From positions 434-64,433 of the forward strand of contig CAZJCK010000007.1 of NCBI GenBank assembly GCA_964544635.1: 64,000 nt of DNA. Reading direction: 5' to 3'. The first letter of the stretch is position 1. Every line of letters begins with the position of its first letter. The notes beneath the pieces were generated by a model. That model did not search any database, was not told the origin of the DNA, and saw only the letters and a list, made by a program, of their open reading frames with translations. A program made the translations under genes and the position numbers. Shown here in pieces: positions 39,802 through 49,769 of the stretch. The stretch is from an uncultured Ignavibacteriales bacterium (GTDB taxonomy: Bacteria > Zixibacteria > MSB-5A5 > GN15 > FEB-12).

Positions 39802-42600
39802 CTATTGACCGGGCATCGTCCCGGGCGGCGGTCCGCCGCGCCCCAGAATTTGCTGCAGGAAGGGATCGTTGAGATTCACTTTGTACTGCGCGAACATGTT
39901 GGCCGCCTGCTGAATACCCTCGAAATCACGCTCCTGAGACAGCACGGTGACCAGTTTCCTGAAGCCGTAGCCGGCATTCGGATTTCCTTCATACCCCTTC
40001 CAGACGAGATCGATGCCCGCCTGTTTCAGTTCCGGATCGTCGAGACGTGACCCCAGCTCATACTTGGCCAGGCCGAGATCCTGCATGTAAATGAGGTTGT
40101 CCGGGTTGCTGGCGAGGAACGACGTGAGGGTGTCATGCAGCAAATGGAACAATGAGTCACCGGCCGCCGTGTCGCCTTCGTTCTCGTAGATGTCGGACAG
40201 CAGGATGTAGGTCTGCCAGTACTCCGGATAGACATCGATCAAATGATGGGCGAAGGTCTTGGCGCTGTCCACGCGGTTCTGGCGATGCAGTTCATCGAAG
40301 ATCCGCACGCCGTTGACACCGACGGTAATAAACACCCCGGTTGCATTTTCATCGCGGTAGACTTCGCTGTCCTCGTAACCGTCGTAGCGATAGGTGTTGA
40401 GGTACAGGTCGTAGCCGCGATCGACATTGATATTGCGTTCGCGCGGGACCTCTTCGAGCTTGTACAGCAGTCCGGTCGCTGCTGCCCGCCCTGACAGGTT
40501 GAGTGGTGATTCGGCGTACGGTTGCGAGCTGAAGTAGATCGGCTGCTTCAGGTACCAGGTGTCGCCGTTCACCGAGTCGATCGATGAAATCACGATCTCG
40601 TCCATCATCATGTCCTGTACCTTCACCACCCGACCGTCGGGGGTCCGCGACGGTGTCAGGTAGGTCATGCGCTTGCGGGCACGGTCGCGGAACATCTGCC
40701 GGGGCCGTACGTACATCCCATCGCTTTCGGGTATCGGATGCCACAGAATTTGTTCATCGGTCAGATCAATCGGTACGTCGTACCGGTTCTTCATCTGTTC
40801 GACATACCAGTCGGTGTTGAGCAGCGACAGGTTGATGATCCGTACATCTTTGCGATAATTGTACGCTTCCTGCAGCGCCCACAACGGGAAAGTGTCGTTG
40901 TCGCCGCTGGTAAACAGCAGTGCGTTCGGCTCACAGGTGTCGAGCAGGTTCTTGGCGTAGTTGTACGGTATAACATTTTCAGAACGATCACTGGCGTGCC
41001 AGTTGTGAGCAGCCGCCGTCAACGGAAGGAAAACCAGTATCGAGGAGGCATAGACCGCCAGCTTCTGGGTGGAACCGCCGGAATTCGACAGGGCGTCTTT
41101 GACGTACTTCATGATGGCGGCAATACCCAGGCCCATGGCGATACCGAAGAAGACGAAGCCGGGTGTAAAGAAATAGTCCCGGTTGCGTACTTCCAGATAG
41201 GCGTCGCCGCTGGCCGGATCATACTGGGTGCCGTCGGCGAAATTCATGTACAATACCAGGCCGAGGGTCGTCAATAAGAAGAGGGCGAAAAACGGCATAC
41301 CGATTTCCCAGCGCTTGCGCATCGCCACGAACATGCCCAACAGGCCGAGGGCGAAGAAAGGGACGAATCCCCAGCGCTCCGGGCCATACTGTTCCTCGAA
41401 ATACGACCAGAAACCCATGTGGGGGTGACGGCCGATCTGGTTCTCCCAGAGACCGCGACGGCTGAACATGCGTTCGGTCATCGAGGTCTGGCCGTATTGT
41501 TTGCGGTCGAGGAAACTGACGAAGGTCTGGAAGTCGCGCGACGGGTTGTTTTCGTCGATGCGAGGATCCTGGTCCGAACGGATCGGTATGAACAGGTGCA
41601 CCGACATACCGATGACGGCGATAACGATAACCACCAGGCCGGTCTTCCATTGCAGCCCCCAACCCCGTTTTTCCGACATGAGGCCGAGCACCACCAGCAC
41701 CAGGAAACCTATTGGTGTGATGTACATCCAGCGCTCGAAGCTGAGCATGACCGACGATGCCGCCACGACCCCGATGAGAATGCCCCAGTTGATATGTTTG
41801 TAAAGCAGGATGAGGACAGCAATACCCAGAAGCGCGGTAACGACGAAAAACGCCTTGTACCCCGGGGGGCCACCGGGCGCCGTCGAGAACAGCATTATGA
41901 GAAGCAGTTCGATGACTACGAACGCCGACAGGATGGCGTAGTCGCGCCTGCTGGCATCTTTGCCAAGTATAAAGAAGAAGGCCAGGATCGGCATGACCAG
42001 GAAGACCGTCATGTGCACCCCGACCCCGAGCATCGCCAGGTAGAAAACGAAGATTAATGACTTGGTACCGGTTATGCTGCCGCGCTGCTCGAAGAAGCGG
42101 AAAGTCAGCCAGACCATCGCCACCATCATTGCCAGCGCCATGCCGTACACCTCGGCTTCAACCGAGTTGGCCCAGTTGGTGCGACCGAAGGTGACAAAGA
42201 ATGCCCCGGTGATACCACCGACATAGGCGATCAGCCGGTTGAGCGGAGTGTGGCTCTCGCCATTGAAGAAATACCCGATGATGCGCACCGTGAGCAGATA
42301 GCTGAACATGGCCGTGAAAGCCGACCCCATAACCGAGATGTAATTGATACGGTGGGAGACATCTTCGACAAACGGTATCATCGCGAAGACCCGGCCGAGA
42401 TTGATAAACAGCGGGAAACCGGGTGGATGCGGGATGCCCAGGATGTAGGCGCTGGCGATGAACTCGCCGCAGTCCCAGAAGGACAGGGTTTGCTGGACAG
42501 TCATGGCGTAGACGACAAACGACGCCAGGAAGACAAAGGCCGCGATAAAGGCGTTGGTGCGGTCGAGCGGCTCTTTAGACTTGGTCAATAGTTCGGGCAA
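39802..42600 (-). CDS. DUF2723-family (GT-C fold, PMT/TMEM260-like) polytopic membrane glycosyltransferase with C-terminal TPR-like region
   Basis: N-terminal signature SFWDCGEFIASAYILGIPHPPGFPLF, more than 10 TM segments, large C-terminal soluble domain. Confidence 0.8.
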   Translation of the reverse strand: MPELLTKSKEPLDRTNAFIAAFVFLASFVVYAMTVQQTLSFWDCGEFIASAYILGIPHPPGFPLFINLGRVFAMIPFVEDVSHRINYISVMGSAFTAMFSYLLTVRIIGYFFNGESHTPLNRLIAYVGGITGAFFVTFGRTNWANSVEAEVYGMALAMMVAMVWLTFRFFEQRGSITGTKSLIFVFYLAMLGVGVHMTVFLVMPILAFFFILGKDASRRDYAILSAFVVIELLLIMLFSTAPGGPPGYKAFFVVTALLGIAVLILLYKHINWGILIGVVAASSVMLSFERWMYITPIGFLVLVVLGLMSEKRGWGLQWKTGLVVIVIAVIGMSVHLFIPIRSDQDPRIDENNPSRDFQTFVSFLDRKQYGQTSMTERMFSRRGLWENQIGRHPHMGFWSYFEEQYGPERWGFVPFFALGLLGMFVAMRKRWEIGMPFFALFLLTTLGLVLYMNFADGTQYDPASGDAYLEVRNRDYFFTPGFVFFGIAMGLGIAAIMKYVKDALSNSGGSTQKLAVYASSILVFLPLTAAAHNWHASDRSENVIPYNYAKNLLDTCEPNALLFTSGDNDTFPLWALQEAYNYRKDVRIINLSLLNTDWYVEQMKNRYDVPIDLTDEQILWHPIPESDGMYVRPRQMFRDRARKRMTYLTPSRTPDGRVVKVQDMMMDEIVISSIDSVNGDTWYLKQPIYFSSQPYAESPLNLSGRAAATGLLYKLEEVPRERNINVDRGYDLYLNTYRYDGYEDSEVYRDENATGVFITVGVNGVRIFDELHRQNRVDSAKTFAHHLIDVYPEYWQTYILLSDIYENEGDTAAGDSLFHLLHDTLTSFLASNPDNLIYMQDLGLAKYELGSRLDDPELKQAGIDLVWKGYEGNPNAGYGFRKLVTVLSQERDFEGIQQAANMFAQYKVNLNDPFLQQILGRGGPPPGTMPGQ

Positions 42601-42781
42601 AGCAGCCTCCAGGACACGGATGTGCGTTCACATCCCGGTTCACTAATCTCGTACATGGATACACCGAAATCATCGTTGCAGAGCCAACTCGGGCAAAAGT
42701 AAGCCGTTGGGGCATGAATGACAACCGTAATTTTTACCCATTGCGCGTGATTTAGATGCAGAAAAAACGGGGAGGCCCGGA

Positions 42782-44665
42782 TCAGGCGGCGTTGGCCGCA
42801 CGGAGGCGTTTGCGAACCTCGCCGCTAAACGGATAATTGGGGTGGTCTTTTAACAGTTGGCGGTAGATATCGCTTGCATCCATGAGCGTGGAGGGATCGC
42901 CAAACAGAATGTCGGCCTTCAGCTTCAGGACATACGGCAGGTAGTAGGAGTCCTGGAACTGCTCGGAGAAGCGGTTGATATCGGCCAGGGCATTAAGCGT
43001 ATCAGTCTCGGCTAATTCAATGTCAATCAGCTCATACAGGGCCAGGTCGGCCAGCGCCTTGTTCTCAGCGCCGATCAGTCGCTCATACACCTTTATGGTG
43101 GAGTCAAACATGTCGCGCTCACGGAACAGCCGGGCATTGGCGTAGTCGTACAGAAGTTTCTGGTCCTCTTCGGCCTCATCGATCACGCGAAGGTAGTACA
43201 GGGCATCGTTGACATAGAAGCCGCGGGGATAATCGACTATGATCTTTCGCAAGGCGGTCTTGGCCGAGTCGAACTGCTTGTTGTAAAAGTCAATGCGCGC
43301 CAGGTTGTACTGGATCTCTTCTTTAAAATCGTCGCTCAGGGGACGGCTGAGGGCGGTCTGCCACTGCTGTTCCGCCGTCGCCAGGTTGCCGCGCTGCAGG
43401 TGGCAGTACGGTCGCTGCACATGCGCACGGATGTAGGCAATTCCCCCCCGATGGTGGGTAACCAGGGAATCGTAATACTCGAGGGCAGCATCACAGTCTC
43501 CTCGTCGAACCTGGTACATGCGGGCGATGCGGTAGAGCGCTTCGGTCTGTTCCTGGACCAGCGGCGAGGTGGTGTAGACCGTGTCCCAGGCCGCGACCGC
43601 GGCAGCGTATTCACCCAACTCGGCGAGGGCGTCGCCATACAGGAAACGTACCTCGTTGCGGGCGGGCGATTCGGGATAGCGCTCCAGCACATATTCGGCC
43701 ATCTCCTTGACCTGTGGATACAATTCCCGCTCGGCGCTGGCGCGCACAATATAGGCAAGACTGCCGCCACCGGCGTTACTGAGCGAATCACGCGTGACCG
43801 CCAGTTCAAACGCCAATTCGTGGGCGTCGGTACGGAGATAGTGATCGATCAGGAGTTTCAAAGCGCGATCGTCGGGCTGCTCGTCGACATGCGCCTTCAG
43901 AAGCCGTTCAGCCATCACCTCCGACTCTTCAAATGTCAGCATCGACTGCAATTGCCGCTCGGCCGTTGCCGCCGTATTAGTGGTATCGTCCAGTACCGAA
44001 ACATACTCGGCCGCCGCCGAATCGTACGCCCGCATCACCTCGAACATATTGCCGCGCTCGATAGCGAACAGGCTGGAGTCGCCGGTTTCGGCGCGCTTGG
44101 CCAGGATAACTTCGTCGGCTCGTTCCTCGAAGCCGTGATCAATCATCTCTTCTACCACTCGACGGTAACCCGACCAGTTGGTCGGCTGCACCCGATCGAG
44201 GGCGCGATCGTACGCCAAAAGCGCCGAATCCGCTTTGTGGTGGCGCGAGAGGGCCGACGCCAGTTCGAGCGAGTAAAGATAATTGTCGGGGTTGGCCTGC
44301 TCCATTCGCTCGATGAGCATCAGTTCCTTGGTAGCGAACTTCAGGTTCTCGTAGCAGTCCTTGAGCATACGGTAGACCACCGGATGGCTGGGGTGCTGTT
44401 CGTACACGACCTCGAGCATCGCCGAGGCCTCTTCGAATTTCTGCTGAGCCATGAGCAGACGAGCTGTCTGTACCCGTCTGGCCGACTCGCCGTCAAGCGG
44501 CGCACCCCGTTCCGGGACTGCGGTGTCGTCGATGGCATTTGCCGGCAGCCGGAGCTGCCGCACCGGCGGAGCGCCCCTGTCGTCTTCATCGTCAGCCGTG
44601 CGGGCCGCCGGCGCCAGCAGCAACAGACCCAGACCGATTGTGAGCAGGCGCAGAAAGTCAGTCAT
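42782..44665 (-). CDS. Secreted TPR-repeat protein (627 aa)
   Basis: Signal peptide. TPR-like helical repeats throughout. Its ATG shares one nucleotide with the TAA stop of the upstream 1149-aa gene. Confidence 0.75.
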   Translation of the reverse strand: MTDFLRLLTIGLGLLLLAPAARTADDEDDRGAPPVRQLRLPANAIDDTAVPERGAPLDGESARRVQTARLLMAQQKFEEASAMLEVVYEQHPSHPVVYRMLKDCYENLKFATKELMLIERMEQANPDNYLYSLELASALSRHHKADSALLAYDRALDRVQPTNWSGYRRVVEEMIDHGFEERADEVILAKRAETGDSSLFAIERGNMFEVMRAYDSAAAEYVSVLDDTTNTAATAERQLQSMLTFEESEVMAERLLKAHVDEQPDDRALKLLIDHYLRTDAHELAFELAVTRDSLSNAGGGSLAYIVRASAERELYPQVKEMAEYVLERYPESPARNEVRFLYGDALAELGEYAAAVAAWDTVYTTSPLVQEQTEALYRIARMYQVRRGDCDAALEYYDSLVTHHRGGIAYIRAHVQRPYCHLQRGNLATAEQQWQTALSRPLSDDFKEEIQYNLARIDFYNKQFDSAKTALRKIIVDYPRGFYVNDALYYLRVIDEAEEDQKLLYDYANARLFRERDMFDSTIKVYERLIGAENKALADLALYELIDIELAETDTLNALADINRFSEQFQDSYYLPYVLKLKADILFGDPSTLMDASDIYRQLLKDHPNYPFSGEVRKRLRAANAA

Positions 44666-47600
44666 TACTGATCAGTGCCTCCGGATGGTGCCGCGTTCTG
44701 CGCGGCCTTGGTTTCGGCTTCCAGGAGCGCCTTGAAGTACGCCTTGATCTGCTTTTCGTACTGCTTCGGGTAGTTGTCGCCGAGGAAGCGGCGCAGACGA
44801 TCCTCGACCGAACCCTGGTCGTTCAGCAGATCGCCCGGCAGGGCATCGGGGAGATACACCTGTTCGGTCGTAGCCGTCGTGGCCTGGCGCTGGTCGGTGT
44901 AGTCTTTGCGCTGGAGCGATCGTGTCGCCTGCAGCATACGTGAGTAGATGCGCAACTGGCGCTCGGTCGTCTGTTCGCCGGCCTCACCGGTCGATAGTTC
45001 TTCTTCCACCTTCTGCATTTCCCTGGCGATATCGTCGAGCCGACCGAGAATCTGGCGGGAATCACCAAACTCGCGAGCGAGGTCCTGCAGCGACTTGCGA
45101 ATCGCCGCCTGCTCCTGGGCCAGTCGTTCCAAACCTTCGCGGCCGGTCTGGCTGCCGTCACCCTGCTTGGGACTGGAACCGCCCGGTTTGTCGCATTGCT
45201 GCTGGGTCTGGTTGTTCAGCTTGTTCTGCTGCTCGGTCATCTCCTGCAGCTTCTGGGTCGGGTTGGAACACATCGCACTCGGATTGTTGCACTGCTTCTG
45301 CTGATCGAGTGACTCCATCATGCGCACCGCCGCTTCGTTCAACTTGGCCATCGCTTCGCGCTGGTTGCGATTTCCCTGCGGGCCGCGACGGTCATCGAAG
45401 CTGGTGATAGCCATGTCCATCTGGCGCGTAGCTTCATTGAGCAGCTGCTTCAATTCGTTGGCCAAGAACGGCGAGGCCTTGCCCAGTTCGTCGATACGCT
45501 GACGCAGGCCGTTGCAGGCACCCATCAGGTCCTGCTGGTTGGCGGCATGCTCGCGCAGCGCCATCGATCGCGGATCGATTTCGGCAGCCTTCTTCAGCAG
45601 GTCTTCCTGGCTCTTCGACAGCACGCCAGCGTCCTTGATGGCATCTTTGTAGGCGCGTTCGAGCGCCTCGGAATTCTCGCCCTTCATCTGGGCCATCTGC
45701 TGCTGCATCTTGTCAAGCATCTCGGTCATCTTCGACAGCGCTTCGTCGCCCTGATCGGATGCCTCCGGCTTGTCCTGCTGCTTCATCGCTTCGGACATCT
45801 GCTCCATGTTCTTGTCGGCGTCGGTCTTTTCCAGCGCCTCGGAAAACTCCTTAGTCGGCTCCAGCTGGTCAATCTTGGCTTCCTTGAGCATCTCCTGCAG
45901 TTCGCTTACTTCCTGTTTCAGGTCCTGCAGCTCCTGGGCGAGCTTTTGCTCGTCTTCGCTCTTGGAGGGAAGATCCGACGGTTCGGAGGCGTCGGTCTTG
46001 TCATTCATCTCCTCCTGCTTGCGCACCAGTTCTTCGGCCTTTTGCAGCATCGCTTCCATCTTCTGTTCGGCCTGGAGTTTCTTCAAGAGGGCGAGGGTGC
46101 GATCGAGACGATCCATCATCTCTTCCTGGCTCATCTGCATATCTTCCATCGCCTTCATGATCTGGTCGCGATCGAGATTCTCCATTGCTTCGGCCAGGCG
46201 CTTCTGCGCCTCGCGCATCTCCGGTGTGGCGACCTCTTCGTACAGCTTCTGGATCTGCTCCATCTTCTGGAGCATCTCGCGACTCATCAGGCTGGTGTTC
46301 GACATCTTCTCGAGCGACTCTTTCATCTTCTCCGCCAGCTCGTCGATATTCTTCAGCATCTCTTCATTCTGATTGGTAATCGATTCCAGCTCTTTCTGCT
46401 GCTGCCAGTCCTTGTTTTGCTGCGCGCGGCTGTCCTGGTTGCCCTCGGCCTGCATCTTGCGCACCGCCTTCTTTAATCGCTCGGCCAGTTCTTTACTGGT
46501 TTCGAGGATGTCCTCGGTGCGGTTGATACGCTGCTGCGACTCCGCCTCTGACTGGGCGATGATTTCGTCGAGCGACGGCAGGCGGGCGATGTACTTGCGC
46601 GACGACGAGGTCTTCGGACCGGAGACGTTGTCGTTGTCCGTTACCTCGAAGTGATAGACGACATAGTCGCCGGGGTACATGTTGAGCGGGTCGAGATCCC
46701 AGTTGAACTCGATATCGCCCTCAGTCTTGATCTTGTCCGAGTAGTGCAACACCGCCACCGTTTCATCCGACGGCCGGCCCTGGTTTACAACCATGTACTT
46801 CATGTTCAGGCCGGAGAAACCGTAGTCGTCGTAAATGCGGACAGTGAAGGGAATCATCATGTCATCGTTGAGATTGACATCGAAACCCGGCTTGACGACA
46901 TCGATCGACGGGTACTCATCCGGCACCGCCGTCATGTAGTACTCGATCGGATCAGGGTTGGCTTCGCCAAGGTGGTCTTTCAGTCTGATGGTGTACGCCT
47001 GCGACTCACCGACCACCAGGCTGCTGGTGGCTTTTTTGCCGGTCACGTCCATTGGTACCTGCACCGAATCGTTGAACCACAGTTGGGCATCTTCAACCGG
47101 CACATTCGTTTCGATATCGACATTCACCCGACTGCCGACCAGTGCCGAGAACGAACCGTCGTTCTCATCGATAACGGTCGGCGAGAGTTCGGTGTAGTCG
47201 GGGTAGAAAATCGAGAGCTTGATATCCTCCACGCGCGGCCGGTCGACGACATCAACTTTGTGTACCTCCGTCTGAACGCGGCCGGCTTCGACCCAATAAT
47301 CGAAGGACTTGTTGACCTGTCGCAGGGTGACGCCGAAACGAACAGAATCTATGCCGTTTTCTGAAAAGAGCGGCTGCTTCTTGAGGTCGACCTCGGAGAC
47401 CTGCCAGGAACCTCCGGCCAGACGGTGGTGGATCCGGGCCTTGTCCGGCAGGCGGTCGCCGGTCAGGGCGGCGCCGATCTCAACATCCCGATACTTCACC
47501 CATTCGGTGCTGCCGGGGTAGGCGGCAAGGTTGTAACCGATCGGCGGGGCGATCTCCCTGGTCGGGTTGCCGTATACGTCCAGCGAGTGGCTGAACAGCC

Positions 47601-48114
47601 CCGGGATAAGAACGATAGCCAGGGCGACCGCGATACCGGCAGCGACCAGGTGGCGGCCGTATCTCCAGAGCGGACGGAACGACAGCACTTCGTTGAAATC
47701 CATCAGGCCCGACTTGTCGATCGCCTGGGTAAGGGTGAGATCCATCAGTTCCTGAGAATACCCGGGAGTACGTTCACCGCGAGCGAACTGCAGAGCCGCA
47801 ACCAGGCGGCCTTCGAGCTCCGGATAACGTTGCTCGAGCGCCACCGCAATACCGTCGGGACTGCCCTGAAACAAACGCGTCATGGCATAGCGGCCGAAGA
47901 CACCGATCGCCGTTACACCGACCAGCGCCAGCAGGCTGATCTTGAGCCAGACCGGGACAATCATGAGCTGGGCAACCAGCGCCAGCACCAGCCACATGCC
48001 GACCACCGAAGCGACAGTCACCAACAGACCGGCCGTGAACAGGACCAGTCGTTGACGGGTCAGCAGGGTTTGGAGGGTCGACAGTAGTTCCTGGCTGGAT
48101 GTAATCTTCTTCAT
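44665..48114 (-). CDS. Giant membrane-anchored coiled-coil protein (DUF4175-like), 1149 aa
   Basis: N-terminal TM segments, a beta-rich region of about 350 aa, then about 550 aa of Met/Gln/Glu/Lys-rich coiled coil. The DUF4175 assignment is tentative and rests on architecture and the DUF4159 neighbour. Confidence 0.65.
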   Translation of the reverse strand: MKKITSSQELLSTLQTLLTRQRLVLFTAGLLVTVASVVGMWLVLALVAQLMIVPVWLKISLLALVGVTAIGVFGRYAMTRLFQGSPDGIAVALEQRYPELEGRLVAALQFARGERTPGYSQELMDLTLTQAIDKSGLMDFNEVLSFRPLWRYGRHLVAAGIAVALAIVLIPGLFSHSLDVYGNPTREIAPPIGYNLAAYPGSTEWVKYRDVEIGAALTGDRLPDKARIHHRLAGGSWQVSEVDLKKQPLFSENGIDSVRFGVTLRQVNKSFDYWVEAGRVQTEVHKVDVVDRPRVEDIKLSIFYPDYTELSPTVIDENDGSFSALVGSRVNVDIETNVPVEDAQLWFNDSVQVPMDVTGKKATSSLVVGESQAYTIRLKDHLGEANPDPIEYYMTAVPDEYPSIDVVKPGFDVNLNDDMMIPFTVRIYDDYGFSGLNMKYMVVNQGRPSDETVAVLHYSDKIKTEGDIEFNWDLDPLNMYPGDYVVYHFEVTDNDNVSGPKTSSSRKYIARLPSLDEIIAQSEAESQQRINRTEDILETSKELAERLKKAVRKMQAEGNQDSRAQQNKDWQQQKELESITNQNEEMLKNIDELAEKMKESLEKMSNTSLMSREMLQKMEQIQKLYEEVATPEMREAQKRLAEAMENLDRDQIMKAMEDMQMSQEEMMDRLDRTLALLKKLQAEQKMEAMLQKAEELVRKQEEMNDKTDASEPSDLPSKSEDEQKLAQELQDLKQEVSELQEMLKEAKIDQLEPTKEFSEALEKTDADKNMEQMSEAMKQQDKPEASDQGDEALSKMTEMLDKMQQQMAQMKGENSEALERAYKDAIKDAGVLSKSQEDLLKKAAEIDPRSMALREHAANQQDLMGACNGLRQRIDELGKASPFLANELKQLLNEATRQMDMAITSFDDRRGPQGNRNQREAMAKLNEAAVRMMESLDQQKQCNNPSAMCSNPTQKLQEMTEQQNKLNNQTQQQCDKPGGSSPKQGDGSQTGREGLERLAQEQAAIRKSLQDLAREFGDSRQILGRLDDIAREMQKVEEELSTGEAGEQTTERQLRIYSRMLQATRSLQRKDYTDQRQATTATTEQVYLPDALPGDLLNDQGSVEDRLRRFLGDNYPKQYEKQIKAYFKALLEAETKAAQNAAPSGGTDQ

Positions 48115-48211
48115 GATTGGACCTCGTTAGTCTTATCGGTGCAAGATTGCCTGCGTGGTATGTATTCTCAGACCAATCCTGGGGCTGAATGCCGCCTCAG
48201 ATCGGGATCGT

Positions 48212-48955
48212 TCAATATAACAATGCATACGTCAGGATGTTCGTGCCCATTCGAAAGGCGTCCTGACGCTTGCTTTCCGGGTTGTTGTGGACCTGCGGAT
48301 CCTCCCAGCCGTCACCAACATCCGACTCGACCAGGAAATAGACCACCACCCGTCCGTCAACAAGTACGGCATAGCCGCGCGGTGGTTTGCCGTCATGTTC
48401 ATGAATCTTCGGCGGGCCGTTGGGGAAATCATAGAAGCTGTGGTACAGCGGATGATCGAACGGTACCTCGACCACCTGGCGCTCCGGGAAAAGCGAGGCC
48501 ATTTCCTCGCGGAATGTTTCGTCCATGCCGTAGGAGTCATTCACAAACAGAAAGCCACCGTTGGTCAGATAGCGTTGGAGGCGTTCTTTCTCCTCGGCGG
48601 TAAATTTGACTGTCCCATGACCGGTCGCGAACAGGAACGGGTACTTAAACAGCTCCGGATCCATGATCTGTACGGTATATTCAATGGTATCGACCGGATA
48701 ATCGGTATTGTCGCGCAGGTATTTGAGGAAATTCGGGACCGCCGAACTGCCCCAGTACCAGTCGCCGCCACCACCGTACTGCAAGCGGGCCACTTTGATT
48801 CTCGACAGATCGCCGTCAGGGCTGGCCTGGGTCGGGCGCAGACTGCCGCCCTGCGTCATAAGTCGTTGCAAATCAGTACGATCGTCGGCTTCAGGCGTCG
48901 CCGGGATGATGGCTGCAATAAGCAGCGCCATGATTATCAGGCGTAGTTTCCCCAT
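48212..48955 (-). CDS. DUF4159 domain protein
   Basis: Start at MGKLRLIIMALLIAAIIPA (48955). ARLQYGGGGDWYWGSSAVPNFLKYL...YPFLFATGHG...GGFLFVNDSYG pattern. Confidence 0.75.
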   Translation of the reverse strand: MGKLRLIIMALLIAAIIPATPEADDRTDLQRLMTQGGSLRPTQASPDGDLSRIKVARLQYGGGGDWYWGSSAVPNFLKYLRDNTDYPVDTIEYTVQIMDPELFKYPFLFATGHGTVKFTAEEKERLQRYLTNGGFLFVNDSYGMDETFREEMASLFPERQVVEVPFDHPLYHSFYDFPNGPPKIHEHDGKPPRGYAVLVDGRVVVYFLVESDVGDGWEDPQVHNNPESKRQDAFRMGTNILTYALLY

Positions 48956-48971
48956 CACTATAATATACACG

Positions 48972-49751
48972 TCAGGTCTGTTTTTGATGCAGGAAATCCC
49001 TTGATAAATCCGGGTTTCTCGGGTCAAAAAAAGACCGGTCATTCGGTTGACCGGTCAAAGGAGTCGGAGCAGGTGATACGGCGCTCCAGCAGCCTGTCGG
49101 GGGTGGTCCGGAGCCGAACAGGAAGTCGACCAGCGTGGACAGGTCAATCGGGCCGGCCGATACCAGATCACCGTTTATGTCCGCTTCCCGGGGGCATCCC
49201 GGCGGCATCCCGGAAGCAAACAGGTAATCGACCATCAGGCTGAGGTCGATCGGATCGGCATCAACACCATCGCCGTTGACATCACCACGCTGGCCGATGC
49301 AGCAGCAGGCATCGCCAATACCATCGCCATCGGTATCAGCCTGGTCGGCATTGGCTGTTTCCGGGCAATTGTCGTCCGGGGCACAATATCCGTCGGCGTC
49401 GGCGTCATTCCGGCTGTTGTGACCGCAGAAATTGTTCGGTGCCGATACCTCACGAAGCTGCCAGATCGGCGAACTGTCAACCGTCGTCAACACCCGCACC
49501 CTCGCGCCAAACGCAGAGCGCGTTGATACCGAGCCGACCAGTTCTACTTTTGGACAGCCGTTGCCGTTAGCCAGATCATGGCGATTGAGGCGCCTCGGCC
49601 CGGGGACAAGGTAGCCGTCGTTGACGTTGATATCGATGTCACCGTCGTTGTCATAGTCGCAGTCGTCGCCGCCACCTCGAGCAGGCGCTGGGCAAATTTC
49701 GCTAAGCAACATGCAAACGGCCGCTCCTTTTACAGGAAGCGGCCGCACCAT
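48972..49751 (-). CDS. FG-GAP/ASPIC-like fragment, TSP3 repeat and dockerin-like pair; lacks a signal peptide (possible truncated remnant)
   Basis: CDYDNDGDIDINV (FG-GAP Ca site), GARVRVLT...QLREV (UnbV/ASPIC-like), DADADGYCAPDDNCPETANADQADTDGDGIGDAC (TSP3), GDVNGDGVDADPIDLSLMVDYLF / DINGDLVSAGPIDLSTLVDFLF (dockerin-like). Confidence 0.5.
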   Translation of the reverse strand: MVRPLPVKGAAVCMLLSEICPAPARGGGDDCDYDNDGDIDINVNDGYLVPGPRRLNRHDLANGNGCPKVELVGSVSTRSAFGARVRVLTTVDSSPIWQLREVSAPNNFCGHNSRNDADADGYCAPDDNCPETANADQADTDGDGIGDACCCIGQRGDVNGDGVDADPIDLSLMVDYLFASGMPPGCPREADINGDLVSAGPIDLSTLVDFLFGSGPPPTGCWSAVSPAPTPLTGQPNDRSFFDPRNPDLSRDFLHQKQT

Positions 49752-49769
49752 AACTTTATGTGTCGGGCT

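Noticed and set aside
43400-44671. 423-aa plus-strand ORF
   Set aside because: Antisense to the TPR protein gene; no start context or domains.
45547-46476. 309-aa Leu/His/Phe-rich plus-strand ORF (and overlapping 200-aa ORF)
   Set aside because: It mirrors the Glu/Lys/Gln/Met-rich coiled-coil region on the minus strand. Low-complexity codon repeats keep the antisense frame open.
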